From an uncultured Candidatus Saccharibacteria bacterium (GTDB lineage: Bacteria; Patescibacteriota; Minisyncoccia; Phycocordibacterales; UBA918), in assembly GCA_964347215.1 (NCBI GenBank), contig CAYFXS010000001.1, forward strand, positions 1-44,494: DNA of 44,494 nucleotides, in the 5' to 3' direction. Of this stretch, positions 36,073 to 44,176 are shown one piece after another; within the stretch, counting starts at the first letter, position 1, and the number at the start of each line of letters is the position of its first letter. Both the position numbers and the translations under genes were made by a program. Under the pieces are notes generated by a model. It saw only the letters and a program-made list of their open reading frames with translations, did not search any database and had not been told where the DNA came from.

Positions 36073-37284
36073 ATGAGATTTAAGTGGGGGTTAGTTATAC
36101 TTGTTGCTTTATTGAGTTTAGTGATATTTTTTTTAATTAAATATTTTGACTTATTTTCCATGATTGTCTCTACGGACATGGGGGATGATATTGCAGCCGC
36201 TGAATCAGCGGCGACTAATTTGGCCGAGCTATCAGTTTTTTTTGTCGATATAGCTGAAGAGCAGGGGGCTGTGTACGCTTATGAGCTTTTGCAGAAAATT
36301 ACCTTTCCGCCACACATCGATCAACATTTGATGGGTCATGTGGTGGGCGATGAGCTCTACAAGCAAGAGGGTCTTTCCGGAATGCAGTATTGCACCGATG
36401 ATTTTCGCAATGCTTGTTCGCACACTATTGTTATTGGGGCCTTATTGGAGCACGGGATGAAAGTGTTTAATGAGGTGAATGATGTATGTCATCTGGCTCC
36501 TGGTGGTACTGGGGCTTACACCATGTGTTTCCATGGTTTTGGTCACGGTGTTTTAGCTTTTGCAGAGTATGATATGGCTAAAGCGGTAGAGCTTTGTCAA
36601 AAGGCTGGGACAAGGGAGTATTTCAATCAGGAGTCTAATGAATGTATTGGTGGAGCTGTAATGGAGATGAAAGATGGAATTCATGATGAGGCAGTTTGGT
36701 CTCTACAGAAGGATAAGTATGTAAACCCAGAAAACCCACTGTCAATCTGTCAGGCAGATTATATGCCCGAAGAAGCTAAAGAGCGCTGCTATTCTTACAT
36801 TACCCCGTACCTTTTTGATGCTGGTGGGGCTGATGGTGGGTTGCCTACTCCGGATATATTTGCGGACAGTATGGCTTTTTGTGACCTAGAGCCAAATAGT
36901 CAATATCGATCACTTTGCTATCGTGGTTTTGGTAAGGAATATGTAGTTTTGGCTGTTGATTACCAGATAAGCTTACTAGAAAATGCGAACGGTGATCAAT
37001 TACAGAAAAATTTAGATTGGTGTAACTTGGCAGATGATGATGGGGGAGCGCTTGAGTGCAAAAAAGAAGTTGTTAATTCATTGTATTGGGGTGGTGAAAA
37101 TGATTATGCAGTTTCTTTGCGGTATTGTGCTTTGTGGCCAGAGGACATTGCTCAAAATTGTTATGAAACTTTGTATCGTAATGCAAAATATTATGTTCAT
37201 GATGAACATTATTACGGGCAGCTATGTAGTGATTCACCGCTTGAGCGGCAACAATTATGTTATTCAATGTTAGATCTAGAATAG
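36073..37284 (+). CDS. Membrane-anchored/secreted paired-cysteine His-rich protein, paralog 3 (closest to paralog 1)
   Basis: It has an N-terminal TM helix and the motifs HLMGHVVGD, ACSHTIVIGALL, CFHGFGHGVLAF, GGAVMEMKDG and ADYMPEEAK. Confidence 0.8.
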   Translation: MRFKWGLVILVALLSLVIFFLIKYFDLFSMIVSTDMGDDIAAAESAATNLAELSVFFVDIAEEQGAVYAYELLQKITFPPHIDQHLMGHVVGDELYKQEGLSGMQYCTDDFRNACSHTIVIGALLEHGMKVFNEVNDVCHLAPGGTGAYTMCFHGFGHGVLAFAEYDMAKAVELCQKAGTREYFNQESNECIGGAVMEMKDGIHDEAVWSLQKDKYVNPENPLSICQADYMPEEAKERCYSYITPYLFDAGGADGGLPTPDIFADSMAFCDLEPNSQYRSLCYRGFGKEYVVLAVDYQISLLENANGDQLQKNLDWCNLADDDGGALECKKEVVNSLYWGGENDYAVSLRYCALWPEDIAQNCYETLYRNAKYYVHDEHYYGQLCSDSPLERQQLCYSMLDLE

Positions 37285-38711
37285 CTGCTCATCACAAGTT
37301 GTTTTGGTTGGTGGCGGGGGTTTTGGCTGTTGTTTTCGTCTGCTTACATTTTATAAATTTTACAAATCATCAGATTAGATTTGATGGGCAGAAATTTATA
37401 CCAGAATATTTAGAAGTGAAGGTGGGAGATAGAGTGGTATTTATCAACGAAAGTGATAAAGAATTCTGGCCTGCTTCTAATTTACACCCCTCACACTCCA
37501 TATACAGTGAGTTCGACCCTAAACAGCCAGTGGCTATGGGTCAGTCATGGTCTTTTGTGTTTACTAAGGTTGGCGATTGGGAATTTCACGATCATTTAAC
37601 TCCAACAGCTAAGGGTCAAATATCAGTTTTAAGGAATAGTGATACAGAAAATACAGTCAGTAATTGTCAGGACAATATTACGTGTTGGCAGGAGCAGATA
37701 GTGAGCACTTTAAAAAAAGACGGGGCTGAAGAGGCTTTTGCTGTCTTCTCTCAGTTGTACGCAAATGAGGATAGGTTTCGTGTAGTGTGTCATGATATGG
37801 CACATTTGATTGGAGAGGAGGCTTATTCGGAGTTTGCTAAAGGGGCTGATTTTTCTCTTACGAATGCAACATCGTATTGTGGTTATGGTTTCTACCATGG
37901 TTTTATGGAGACATTGTTGGTTACTACTGGTGATATGGCGGCTGCTAGAAATTTCTGTGATTACGTTGATGAACAATTACAAGCATATGGTTCTGCTGCC
38001 ACCCAGGCTTGTTACCATGGAGTGGGACACGGTTTTACTGACGGTAGTGATCCGCGTGCTTGGGGAGATCCTGGTCGAGTAACTGCTACAGCGCTTAGAA
38101 TGTGTGAGGAAATTGCTACAAACTATAAAGATAAGTACCTGTGTGGCACAGGGGTTTATAATGGTCTGGCGATTGCTTTTGATGAAGGTCTGTATGATCT
38201 GTCAGTTACTCCGGAGACCGTATTTTCTACCTGTGCTGAAGTGGTAGATAAGGACTTTAAATTAGCTTGCTACGAACAAATGAATACATTAGCTGTTTCG
38301 GAAGCTCAGTACCATGCTGGTACTCTATTCAAAATGATTAGCGAAATTGAAGATAAAGAGTATGTCGGCTTAACTCTGCAATCAGCCGTTGGTGTCTTGG
38401 CTCATGCTAACCGTTCAGATGTTGGTTTGTTAGAAAATTTATTATCTGAGTGTTTGACTGTGTTTGAGTCTGAGCAGGTGATGTGTCTTAGCGGGGTAGT
38501 TGGTGGGTTGATAGAATTCGGTACACCTGGCCGGGAACATATTGAAGCAGCCGATTTGTGTCAATTGGATAGTCTTAACTCAGTTCAGCAGACGCAGTGC
38601 TTCCAGTCAGTAGTTGGTTTTGCACGTACCAGCAAAGGTGAATTAGTAGCTAGAGAAGTTTGTGATTTGTATTCCGATCAAACAGGTGAGACTTTATCTA
38701 ATTGTCGGTGA
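37257..38711 (+). CDS. Fusion: N-terminal TM helix plus cupredoxin-like domain (all-His signature) plus paired-cysteine His-rich domain, paralog 4
   Basis: The cupredoxin-like part is FIPEYLEVKVGDRVVFINESDKEFWPASNLHPSHSIYSEFDP...WSFVFTKVGDWEFHDHL. After it come CHDMAHLIGE, CGYGFYHGFMETLL and CYHGVGHGF. It overlaps the upstream gene by 28 nt. Confidence 0.8.
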   Translation: MLFNVRSRIAAHHKLFWLVAGVLAVVFVCLHFINFTNHQIRFDGQKFIPEYLEVKVGDRVVFINESDKEFWPASNLHPSHSIYSEFDPKQPVAMGQSWSFVFTKVGDWEFHDHLTPTAKGQISVLRNSDTENTVSNCQDNITCWQEQIVSTLKKDGAEEAFAVFSQLYANEDRFRVVCHDMAHLIGEEAYSEFAKGADFSLTNATSYCGYGFYHGFMETLLVTTGDMAAARNFCDYVDEQLQAYGSAATQACYHGVGHGFTDGSDPRAWGDPGRVTATALRMCEEIATNYKDKYLCGTGVYNGLAIAFDEGLYDLSVTPETVFSTCAEVVDKDFKLACYEQMNTLAVSEAQYHAGTLFKMISEIEDKEYVGLTLQSAVGVLAHANRSDVGLLENLLSECLTVFESEQVMCLSGVVGGLIEFGTPGREHIEAADLCQLDSLNSVQQTQCFQSVVGFARTSKGELVAREVCDLYSDQTGETLSNCR

Positions 38712-38713
38712 AT

Positions 38714-39592
38714 TTAACGTTGGGTATTTTTTAAGGCATTACTAAATTGTTGGTTGTCAGGATTTAGTTCGATGGCTTTTGTGAAGGCATCGATGGCTTC
38801 TGTAGTGGAGCCAGCCCCCTGGTAGGCAACACCCATGGTGTAGTAAACTTCAGCCTTCTCTCTAATCTCATGTAAAAAATCCTGACAAGCTACCACTGCT
38901 TCATCAAATTTTCTTTGGTAAATATATAGCCAGGCCAGTCCCAGGTACGACTCGCTTTTGGGGTTAATGGTAAATACTTTTTGATACATGTCTTCAGCTT
39001 CGGTATAACGTCCCATTTCTCGGTAAAGGTCACCTAGGCCCGAGTGGGCTATTTCGCTGTTAGGGTTTATCGCTAGGGATTTTTTAAACATAGCTTCTGA
39101 CTCTTTATGTCGACCCTCTTCAAAATATAAGTAGCCTAAGCCATAACTATAAGCATTTTCAAAATTAGGATCGATTTCCAGGGCTTTATAGAAGCTAGTT
39201 TCGGCTTCCTGGTAAAGATTCATGTTGCGGTAGAGTTTACCTAAATCTGTATAAATCCACGGGTTGTTTGGGTCAATTTTCAATGCTTCTTTAAACATAG
39301 CTTCCGATTCTGCATATTTACCCCAATAACGATATGTGTGAGCTGTGTCTAAGTGAGCTTGTAGATTGTCTGGTTCCAATTCAATAATTCTTAGGTAGTG
39401 AGCAATAGATTCTTCATATTTACCAGTAACGTATAGCTTATCGGCTTCAGTAAAAAGAGAGTTGATGTCAGTGGTAGTAATATTTAGTTCTTTTTCGGGT
39501 TTAGGTTGATTGTTGTTGGTGTATAAAAAAACAACTGTCATAATTAATAAAATCAACAATATCGGAGCGATGAACATTAACTTTTTGGACAT
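38714..39592 (-). CDS. Membrane-anchored TPR repeat protein
   Basis: It has an N-terminal TM helix and about seven clear 34-aa TPR units (e.g. YEESIAHYLRIIELEPDNLQAHLDTAHTYRYWGK). It is the only minus-strand gene in this block. Confidence 0.8.
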   Translation of the reverse strand: MSKKLMFIAPILLILLIMTVVFLYTNNNQPKPEKELNITTTDINSLFTEADKLYVTGKYEESIAHYLRIIELEPDNLQAHLDTAHTYRYWGKYAESEAMFKEALKIDPNNPWIYTDLGKLYRNMNLYQEAETSFYKALEIDPNFENAYSYGLGYLYFEEGRHKESEAMFKKSLAINPNSEIAHSGLGDLYREMGRYTEAEDMYQKVFTINPKSESYLGLAWLYIYQRKFDEAVVACQDFLHEIREKAEVYYTMGVAYQGAGSTTEAIDAFTKAIELNPDNQQFSNALKNTQR

Positions 39593-39639
39593 GTCTGTAT
39601 TGTAACAGTCTGTATAAATCTGGTGTTATACTAAGGCGA

Positions 39640-41115
39640 ATGTTCAGACTATTTTCAGCTCAGGTACTATTAATTATCGGTATTTTATTGGCTGCTTTTT
39701 TAAGTTTTATACTATTTTTCTCAGCTGGCAACCAACATGAAGTAGTGCTCACTGAGTCTGGTTATCAACCTTTGAGTTTAACGATTGCGGTGGGAGATAC
39801 TGTCACATTTGTTACTAACTTAGCTGAAGATCATTGGCCAGCCTCTAATGTTCATCCAGCCCACACAGCTTATCCTGATTTTGATCCTCGTCGCCCTGTG
39901 CCAGCAACAGTGTCTTGGTCTTTTACTTTTACTGAGTCTGGCACTTATAAATTTCATGACCATTTAAATGCCCAGTATGAAGGTGTTATTGTGGTGGGGG
40001 AGGAGACGAAAATAGATACTGCTGCTTGTGATCAGGATAAAACAGTGCGTTGTTTTGAACAGTTGGTGGAGGAGGTGGTGGCAGAAGGTGGAATAAAAGC
40101 GGCTTTTGATGTGGTGGTAGAGCTCTCAGAGACTGAACCGTTATTTCGTAATGATTGCCATGGTTACGCTCATATAATAGGCGAGGCAGCGTATGATCTG
40201 TATGCAAATGGAGAAGATTTTTCATTGTCAGCTGATACCGCTTTATGTGGTTACGGTTTCTATCATGGCTTCATGGAAACATTACTACTTACCAATGGTG
40301 ATGTAGAAGAAGCTCGTAGTTTTTGTCGCTACGTTGATAAGCAATTATCTAAACTGGCGGCTGGAGCGAGCAATGCTTGTTTCCATGGTACAGGTCATGG
40401 GGCGGTAGACGGTAGTGATCCGACCGCTTGGGGTGATGTAGATGCTCTGATGGAGCCAGGTTTTATTTTGTGTGAGAAGATCGCTAAAACTGAGCTGCAA
40501 AGTTACCTTTGTCACACAGGGGTGTTTAACGCGATTGATATTCTTTCTCGTGATCCTAAATACGACATAGAGGAAGTTCAACAAGATCCGTTTGCTACCG
40601 TTTGCTACCATCAGCCAGATGAACGTCTAGAAGGATGTTACACCAACATGATGCCGGTAGTTTTAACAATGTATAAAAATGATGTTGCGGCGACCGCTGA
40701 TTATATTAATGAACATATGTTAAGAGGGGAGACGCCTTCAATTGAGGGTTATACAACCAATGAGATGGTTACCTTAGCTGTGTTTGCCCAATATGTTCGT
40801 ATTCATGGGTCTGAAGAGGGTTATATGGAAAGAGCGATTGATCTGTGTCGATCGCAACCGGCTGACGATCAGTATGCTTGCTTTGAAGGGTTATCTTACA
40901 GTCATGTTAAGTATGGTCCACCCGGCAAGGGTTACATCAAGAATCTGGAATTTTGTGCCCATCCTGATTTGGTAGACACAGAAGAAGATGCTTGTTATAG
41001 CTATTTATTAAATCGTTTACGTAATTACTATGGAAATGAAGGAGCTAAGCAAGTGTGCGCTATGGTTCCGGAAGAATATAGTAGTAAGTATTGCCAGTAT
41101 GTCTCGTTTATTTAA
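39640..41115 (+). CDS. Fusion: N-terminal TM helix plus cupredoxin-like domain plus paired-cysteine His-rich domain, paralog 5
   Basis: The cupredoxin-like part is YQPLSLTIAVGDTVTFVTNLAEDHWPASNVHPAHTAYPDFDP...WSFTFTESGTYKFHDHL. After it come CHGYAHIIGE, CGYGFYHGFMETLL and CFHGTGHGA. Confidence 0.8.
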   Translation: MFRLFSAQVLLIIGILLAAFLSFILFFSAGNQHEVVLTESGYQPLSLTIAVGDTVTFVTNLAEDHWPASNVHPAHTAYPDFDPRRPVPATVSWSFTFTESGTYKFHDHLNAQYEGVIVVGEETKIDTAACDQDKTVRCFEQLVEEVVAEGGIKAAFDVVVELSETEPLFRNDCHGYAHIIGEAAYDLYANGEDFSLSADTALCGYGFYHGFMETLLLTNGDVEEARSFCRYVDKQLSKLAAGASNACFHGTGHGAVDGSDPTAWGDVDALMEPGFILCEKIAKTELQSYLCHTGVFNAIDILSRDPKYDIEEVQQDPFATVCYHQPDERLEGCYTNMMPVVLTMYKNDVAATADYINEHMLRGETPSIEGYTTNEMVTLAVFAQYVRIHGSEEGYMERAIDLCRSQPADDQYACFEGLSYSHVKYGPPGKGYIKNLEFCAHPDLVDTEEDACYSYLLNRLRNYYGNEGAKQVCAMVPEEYSSKYCQYVSFI

Positions 41116-42295
41116 GGTCATTACATTATTTATATTAATTTTAGCTTCAGCAGTGGCTGTTTGGTGGTTTAGTTTCAGTAAGGAAGCGGTTGTTGATTTG
41201 TCCATTTCTGATTATGCGCAGCTGTTAGTGGAGAATTGCAGTGAAGTAGATTACAAACCGTACTGTTACGAAACTGAGTTGATGGGATTGACTCCTGATT
41301 TACCTACCACGGAAATATTTGATGTTATTAGATCAATTAGAGACTATGACCCAGAGTATTTGTTCTGTCATGTAGCTGCTCATAACTTAGGGCAGTATGA
41401 GGTCTCCAAAGATCCTAATAATTGGCTCGACGTGTTAGCCAATAGTCCAACCGATGGGTTATGTTCGAATGGTTACGCTCATGGTGCTATTCTGGCGCGC
41501 TTTAATGGTGAGACATTTACTGGTGATGAATTAATTACCATTATTGATCAGTTAAAAGATGTTTGTGAACCAAGAGGGGAATGGCAGCCAACTGATTTGC
41601 ATAAGGCAATGTGTTATCACGGACTGGGTCACGTTATGATTCATGTCACCGAAACTGACGTTGTTAAGTCATTGGCGGCATGTGAAGACATTGCCTTAAA
41701 AGAAAATGATGACTTCAGGCGAGTTTGTCGTGAGGGGGTTTATATGCAGCTATTTCAACCGCTTGAGCCAGAAGACTACGCGCTGATTGATTTGTTGGAA
41801 ACTAAACCAAGTCGGAAAAATATTGAAGACTTTTGTCAACGCTATAGCAGCAATGAAGATGAGTTCAACGTTTGTTGGCGTGAGGCTTGGCCATTTTTTA
41901 ATCAAGATTTACGAACTGCCGAAGGGGTGGCTGGTTATTGTGAAGTGTTGTCTGACGAAGATGGTAAAAATAATTGCTATTACTCAGCTTTCACAATCAA
42001 CGGTCGACATTTTCTTGGTCAACCAGAGGTGATTGTTGATATTTGTGAGGCTAGTGCTGCCGAGCGGCAGGGGATGTGTTATCAGGTGGCAGCTAATGCT
42101 TATCTGGAAGAAGATGCGCAGTTGGTTAGCGAAGGTTTGGCCATGTGTGAGTTACCAACTAGTCAAGTAGCAAAAGAGGAGTGTTATGGACATCTAGCTC
42201 GTTTGTCAGACTTCAATTTTCATCGTGACTCTGAGGCATTTACAGAACTCTGTCAGGCGTTACCTGAGAAATTTCAGGCATCCTGTTGGGATTGA
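41099..42295 (+). CDS. Membrane-anchored/secreted paired-cysteine His-rich protein, paralog 6
   Basis: The start is set at the internal ATG (MSRLFKVITLFILILASAVAVWWF), which overlaps the upstream gene by 17 nt. The motifs are FCHVAAHNLGQ, LCSNGYAHGAIL and CYHGLGHVM. By my count it has 18 Cys, mostly in pairs 9-15 residues apart. Confidence 0.75.
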   Translation: MSRLFKVITLFILILASAVAVWWFSFSKEAVVDLSISDYAQLLVENCSEVDYKPYCYETELMGLTPDLPTTEIFDVIRSIRDYDPEYLFCHVAAHNLGQYEVSKDPNNWLDVLANSPTDGLCSNGYAHGAILARFNGETFTGDELITIIDQLKDVCEPRGEWQPTDLHKAMCYHGLGHVMIHVTETDVVKSLAACEDIALKENDDFRRVCREGVYMQLFQPLEPEDYALIDLLETKPSRKNIEDFCQRYSSNEDEFNVCWREAWPFFNQDLRTAEGVAGYCEVLSDEDGKNNCYYSAFTINGRHFLGQPEVIVDICEASAAERQGMCYQVAANAYLEEDAQLVSEGLAMCELPTSQVAKEECYGHLARLSDFNFHRDSEAFTELCQALPEKFQASCWD

Positions 42296-42318
42296 TGTTC
42301 GTGTTATACTCTCGATGT

Positions 42319-42834
42319 ATGAAGCGTTTAACTCATTTTATCCTACTAACATTTCTGGTTTTCTTTCTGCCAACTTTAGTACAAGCTCATGGCAGTGGAG
42401 GAACGTACGAAGAAATAATTGATGGCTATCAGATTGATATTGGTTATACTCCTGAAGTGGTTGAGACCACTTCGTCTATTCGTTTTGATTTTCAGGCTTA
42501 CGTGGCAGAGAATCCGCAGGCAACTAGTTCAGAGTTTCACGATGTGTGGGTGAGAATCGAAAAAGAAGGAAAACTATTTTTTGCTGGCGACGTCCATAAG
42601 CCAGTCTTTGGTCCAACTGGGTTTAGTACGATACTTACTGAAGCTGGGGAATATACAGTTTACGCTCGTTTTCAAAATAGCGGCGATTCTTTAGTTGAAG
42701 CGGAGTTCCCACTTACAGTGACTGAAAATACGGCTGAAAAATCAGTTAATGACAAACTCAGTTTATTGTTAATGGGTCTGGCAGGTTTGATGGTTGGCTT
42801 TGTAGTAGGTTGGTTTATGACCAGACAGTCTTAA
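42319..42834 (+). CDS. Secreted beta-sandwich-like protein with a C-terminal TM anchor; the predicted mature N-terminus is His
   Basis: The start is set at MKRLTHFILLTFLVFFLPTLVQA, with a likely cleavage after VQA that leaves HGSGGTYEE. The C-terminal hydrophobic helix is LSLLLMGLAGLMVGFVVGWFM, followed by TRQS. Confidence 0.65.
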   Translation: MKRLTHFILLTFLVFFLPTLVQAHGSGGTYEEIIDGYQIDIGYTPEVVETTSSIRFDFQAYVAENPQATSSEFHDVWVRIEKEGKLFFAGDVHKPVFGPTGFSTILTEAGEYTVYARFQNSGDSLVEAEFPLTVTENTAEKSVNDKLSLLLMGLAGLMVGFVVGWFMTRQS

Positions 42835-42836
42835 GT

Positions 42837-43190
42837 ATGAAAAAAATATTAGTAACTTCAGTCTTGATCACCGTATTGCTATCAGTCGTTTTTTTCTGGG
42901 TTCAAAGACCTGGTGGTGAACAGTATATTATGGTGCGTACAGATGATGGTTATGAACCGCAAAACCTAACTATCAAGGTGGGGGATACTGTTGTATTTAA
43001 AAATGAAAGTAGTGAGTATCATTGGCCAGCTTCTGATTTGCATCCAACCCACGGTGCTTACCCGGCTTTTGATCCTCGTACCCCAATTGCTCCAGGAGAA
43101 GAGTGGTCTTTCCGTTTCACTCAAGCTGGCGCTTGGTCCTACCATGACCACTTACGAGCGAACTTAACCGGTGTGATCATCGCTGAATAA
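42837..43190 (+). CDS. Stand-alone membrane-anchored cupredoxin-like protein (all-His signature)
   Basis: MKKILVTSVLITVLLSVVFFW is the TM helix. The domain reads YEPQNLTIKVGDTVVFKNESSEYHWPASDLHPTHGAYPAFDP...WSFRFTQAGAWSYHDHL. Confidence 0.8.
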   Translation: MKKILVTSVLITVLLSVVFFWVQRPGGEQYIMVRTDDGYEPQNLTIKVGDTVVFKNESSEYHWPASDLHPTHGAYPAFDPRTPIAPGEEWSFRFTQAGAWSYHDHLRANLTGVIIAE

Positions 43191-43203
43191 AACAGGCAAT
43201 GTA

Positions 43204-43238
43204 AATGGGCCCGGATTCGATAAATCGATCCCGGCCCA
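43204..43238. terminator. GC-rich hairpin between the convergent cupredoxin gene and a small minus-strand ORF
   Basis: atgggcccggattcgat / atcgatcccggcccat form an imperfect palindrome. tgggcc (43205-43210) pairs with ggccca (43232-43237). Confidence 0.6.
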
Positions 43239-43243
43239 TCTTC

Positions 43244-43378
43244 TTAGAAGAATCCCGTCACAATGTTGGTGCGGCGGTTCAGTTGCTTGGCAACCTTCGT
43301 CCGATTGTTTTCGTTAATCAGACTGATGCCACGCAGTGGCGCCCAGTCGCCATTTGCACGACGATTGAATTGCACCAT
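43244..43378 (-). CDS. Hypothetical 44-aa basic protein in the G+C-rich insertion
   Basis: MVQFNRRANGDWAPLRGISLINENNRTKVAKQLNRRTNIVTGFF. The start is taken at the ATG just downstream of the repeated promoter/leader, and a hairpin follows the stop. It is short, so coding status is tentative. Confidence 0.45.
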   Translation of the reverse strand: MVQFNRRANGDWAPLRGISLINENNRTKVAKQLNRRTNIVTGFF

Positions 43379-43390
43379 AAAGGCAACTTC

Positions 43391-43447
43391 GTTCCAGTTA
43401 AGGTTGGATAAGTATATTGCCACACATATATACCTATTTGTCAATAG
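43391..43447 (-). repeat. Promoter/leader repeat, copy B (upstream of the 44-aa ORF)
   Basis: On the minus strand it reads ctaTTGACAaataggtatatatgtgtggcaaTATACTtatccaaccttaactggaac. Its gene-proximal 32 nt match copy A at 29 positions. Confidence 0.65.
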
Positions 43448-43490
43448 AGTTCAAATTATTTACAGGAAATGTTTTATATTAAAAATTTAA

Positions 43491-43516
43491 GGCCGGATGA
43501 TGTTACTCATCCGGCC
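43491..43516 (-). terminator. Intrinsic terminator after the 176-aa gene
   Basis: ggccggatga (43491-43500) pairs with tcatccggcc (43507-43516). On the minus strand it is followed by ttaaattttt. Confidence 0.7.
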
Positions 43517-43527
43517 CGAGGGCAGTT

Positions 43528-44058
43528 TTACCGCCAGTAAGGGTCCCAGCTGCGGGCGCCGCCACCGTAGCGGTAGAGCCAGCGCTCTTTTCCACCGGAC
43601 ACAATTTTGGTGTTCAGCAGTTTTTCGACCCAGCGGCGAGCATTGCCACCGCTTAGTCGTTCGACCCCGAACGCCTTGCCGTTCTTCACGGCAATAGCGT
43701 AAGGAGTATCCTTTGCATCGGGGTATTGGAACAGTACGACTTGCGAACCGTGCTCATCCACGATGCTGGCGTAGGCAACTGCTCGCCATTTCTGGTATTT
43801 GCCGTCCACATAGGTCTGATACCAGGCACGGTAGCGACCTGGGTCACCTTTGCGGTTAGTGTCGCACATGCGAATCATGTGGGAACGTTCTTGCCCGTTG
43901 GGTGCCAGGAAGAACATTTCCACTGCGGGACCAGCCCATTTGCCGGGCATGCCGCTGGCGCAAGCCAAAGCTCCAGTTGTAAGAGCAAGAGTGATTGGGA
44001 TGGCTGCGAGGGCCATCTTGATTTTACGGAACATTTCAAGTCTCCCTTGTTTGGCCAT
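43528..44058 (-). CDS. Hypothetical secreted protein or lipoprotein, G+C-rich (probably horizontally acquired)
   Basis: It is 176 aa with the signal-like N-terminus MFRKIKMALAAIPITLALTTGALAC (possible lipobox). Codon usage (CTG, GCC, CGC, GGC) is unlike the neighbouring genes. The start could be 44058 or 44034. Confidence 0.7.
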   Translation of the reverse strand: MAKQGRLEMFRKIKMALAAIPITLALTTGALACASGMPGKWAGPAVEMFFLAPNGQERSHMIRMCDTNRKGDPGRYRAWYQTYVDGKYQKWRAVAYASIVDEHGSQVVLFQYPDAKDTPYAIAVKNGKAFGVERLSGGNARRWVEKLLNTKIVSGGKERWLYRYGGGARSWDPYWR

Positions 44059-44065
44059 AGCGGCC

Positions 44066-44120
44066 GTTCCAGTTAAGGTTGAATAAATATATTGTCATAA
44101 ATAACTAGCTTTGTCAATAG
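44066..44120 (-). repeat. Promoter/leader repeat, copy A (upstream of the 176-aa gene)
   Basis: On the minus strand it reads ctaTTGACAaagctagttatttatgacaaTATATTtattcaaccttaactggaac. It shares the TTGACA box, the -10 region and the leader caaccttaactggaac with copy B. Confidence 0.65.
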
Positions 44121-44176
44121 GTAAGTTGAGTTGATGGATAATTTTTCTTTAAATAACTGATGTTAAAATTAACTTT

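Noticed and set aside
3140-42032. Numerous 60-130-aa antisense or out-of-frame ORFs inside well-supported genes. Examples are 3140-3334, 4919-5131, 5867-6058, 9510-9752, 9820-10032, 10396-10605, 12063-12299, 12687-12905, 14183-14383, 15557-15805, 16108-16296, 16705-17091, 19527-19811, 20835-21074, 21364-21588, 25196-25450, 26028-26451, 26830-27064, 27799-28026, 29481-29663, 32495-33035, 34847-35050, 35867-36179, 36232-36423, 37034-37273, 37710-38082, 39986-40611, 40784-41205 and 41787-42032.
   Set aside because: Each is fully embedded in a longer ORF on the other strand or frame that has clear family motifs, and none shows motifs or start signals of its own.
43205-44086. Plus-strand ORFs 43205-43411, 43263-43490, 43497-43697, 43726-44076 and 43850-44086 in the G+C-rich insertion.
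   Set aside because: They are typical shadow ORFs of a G+C-rich gene. They run through terminator hairpins and the promoter repeats, and they lack signal or start context. The minus-strand genes each have a promoter, a start and a terminator in the right order.
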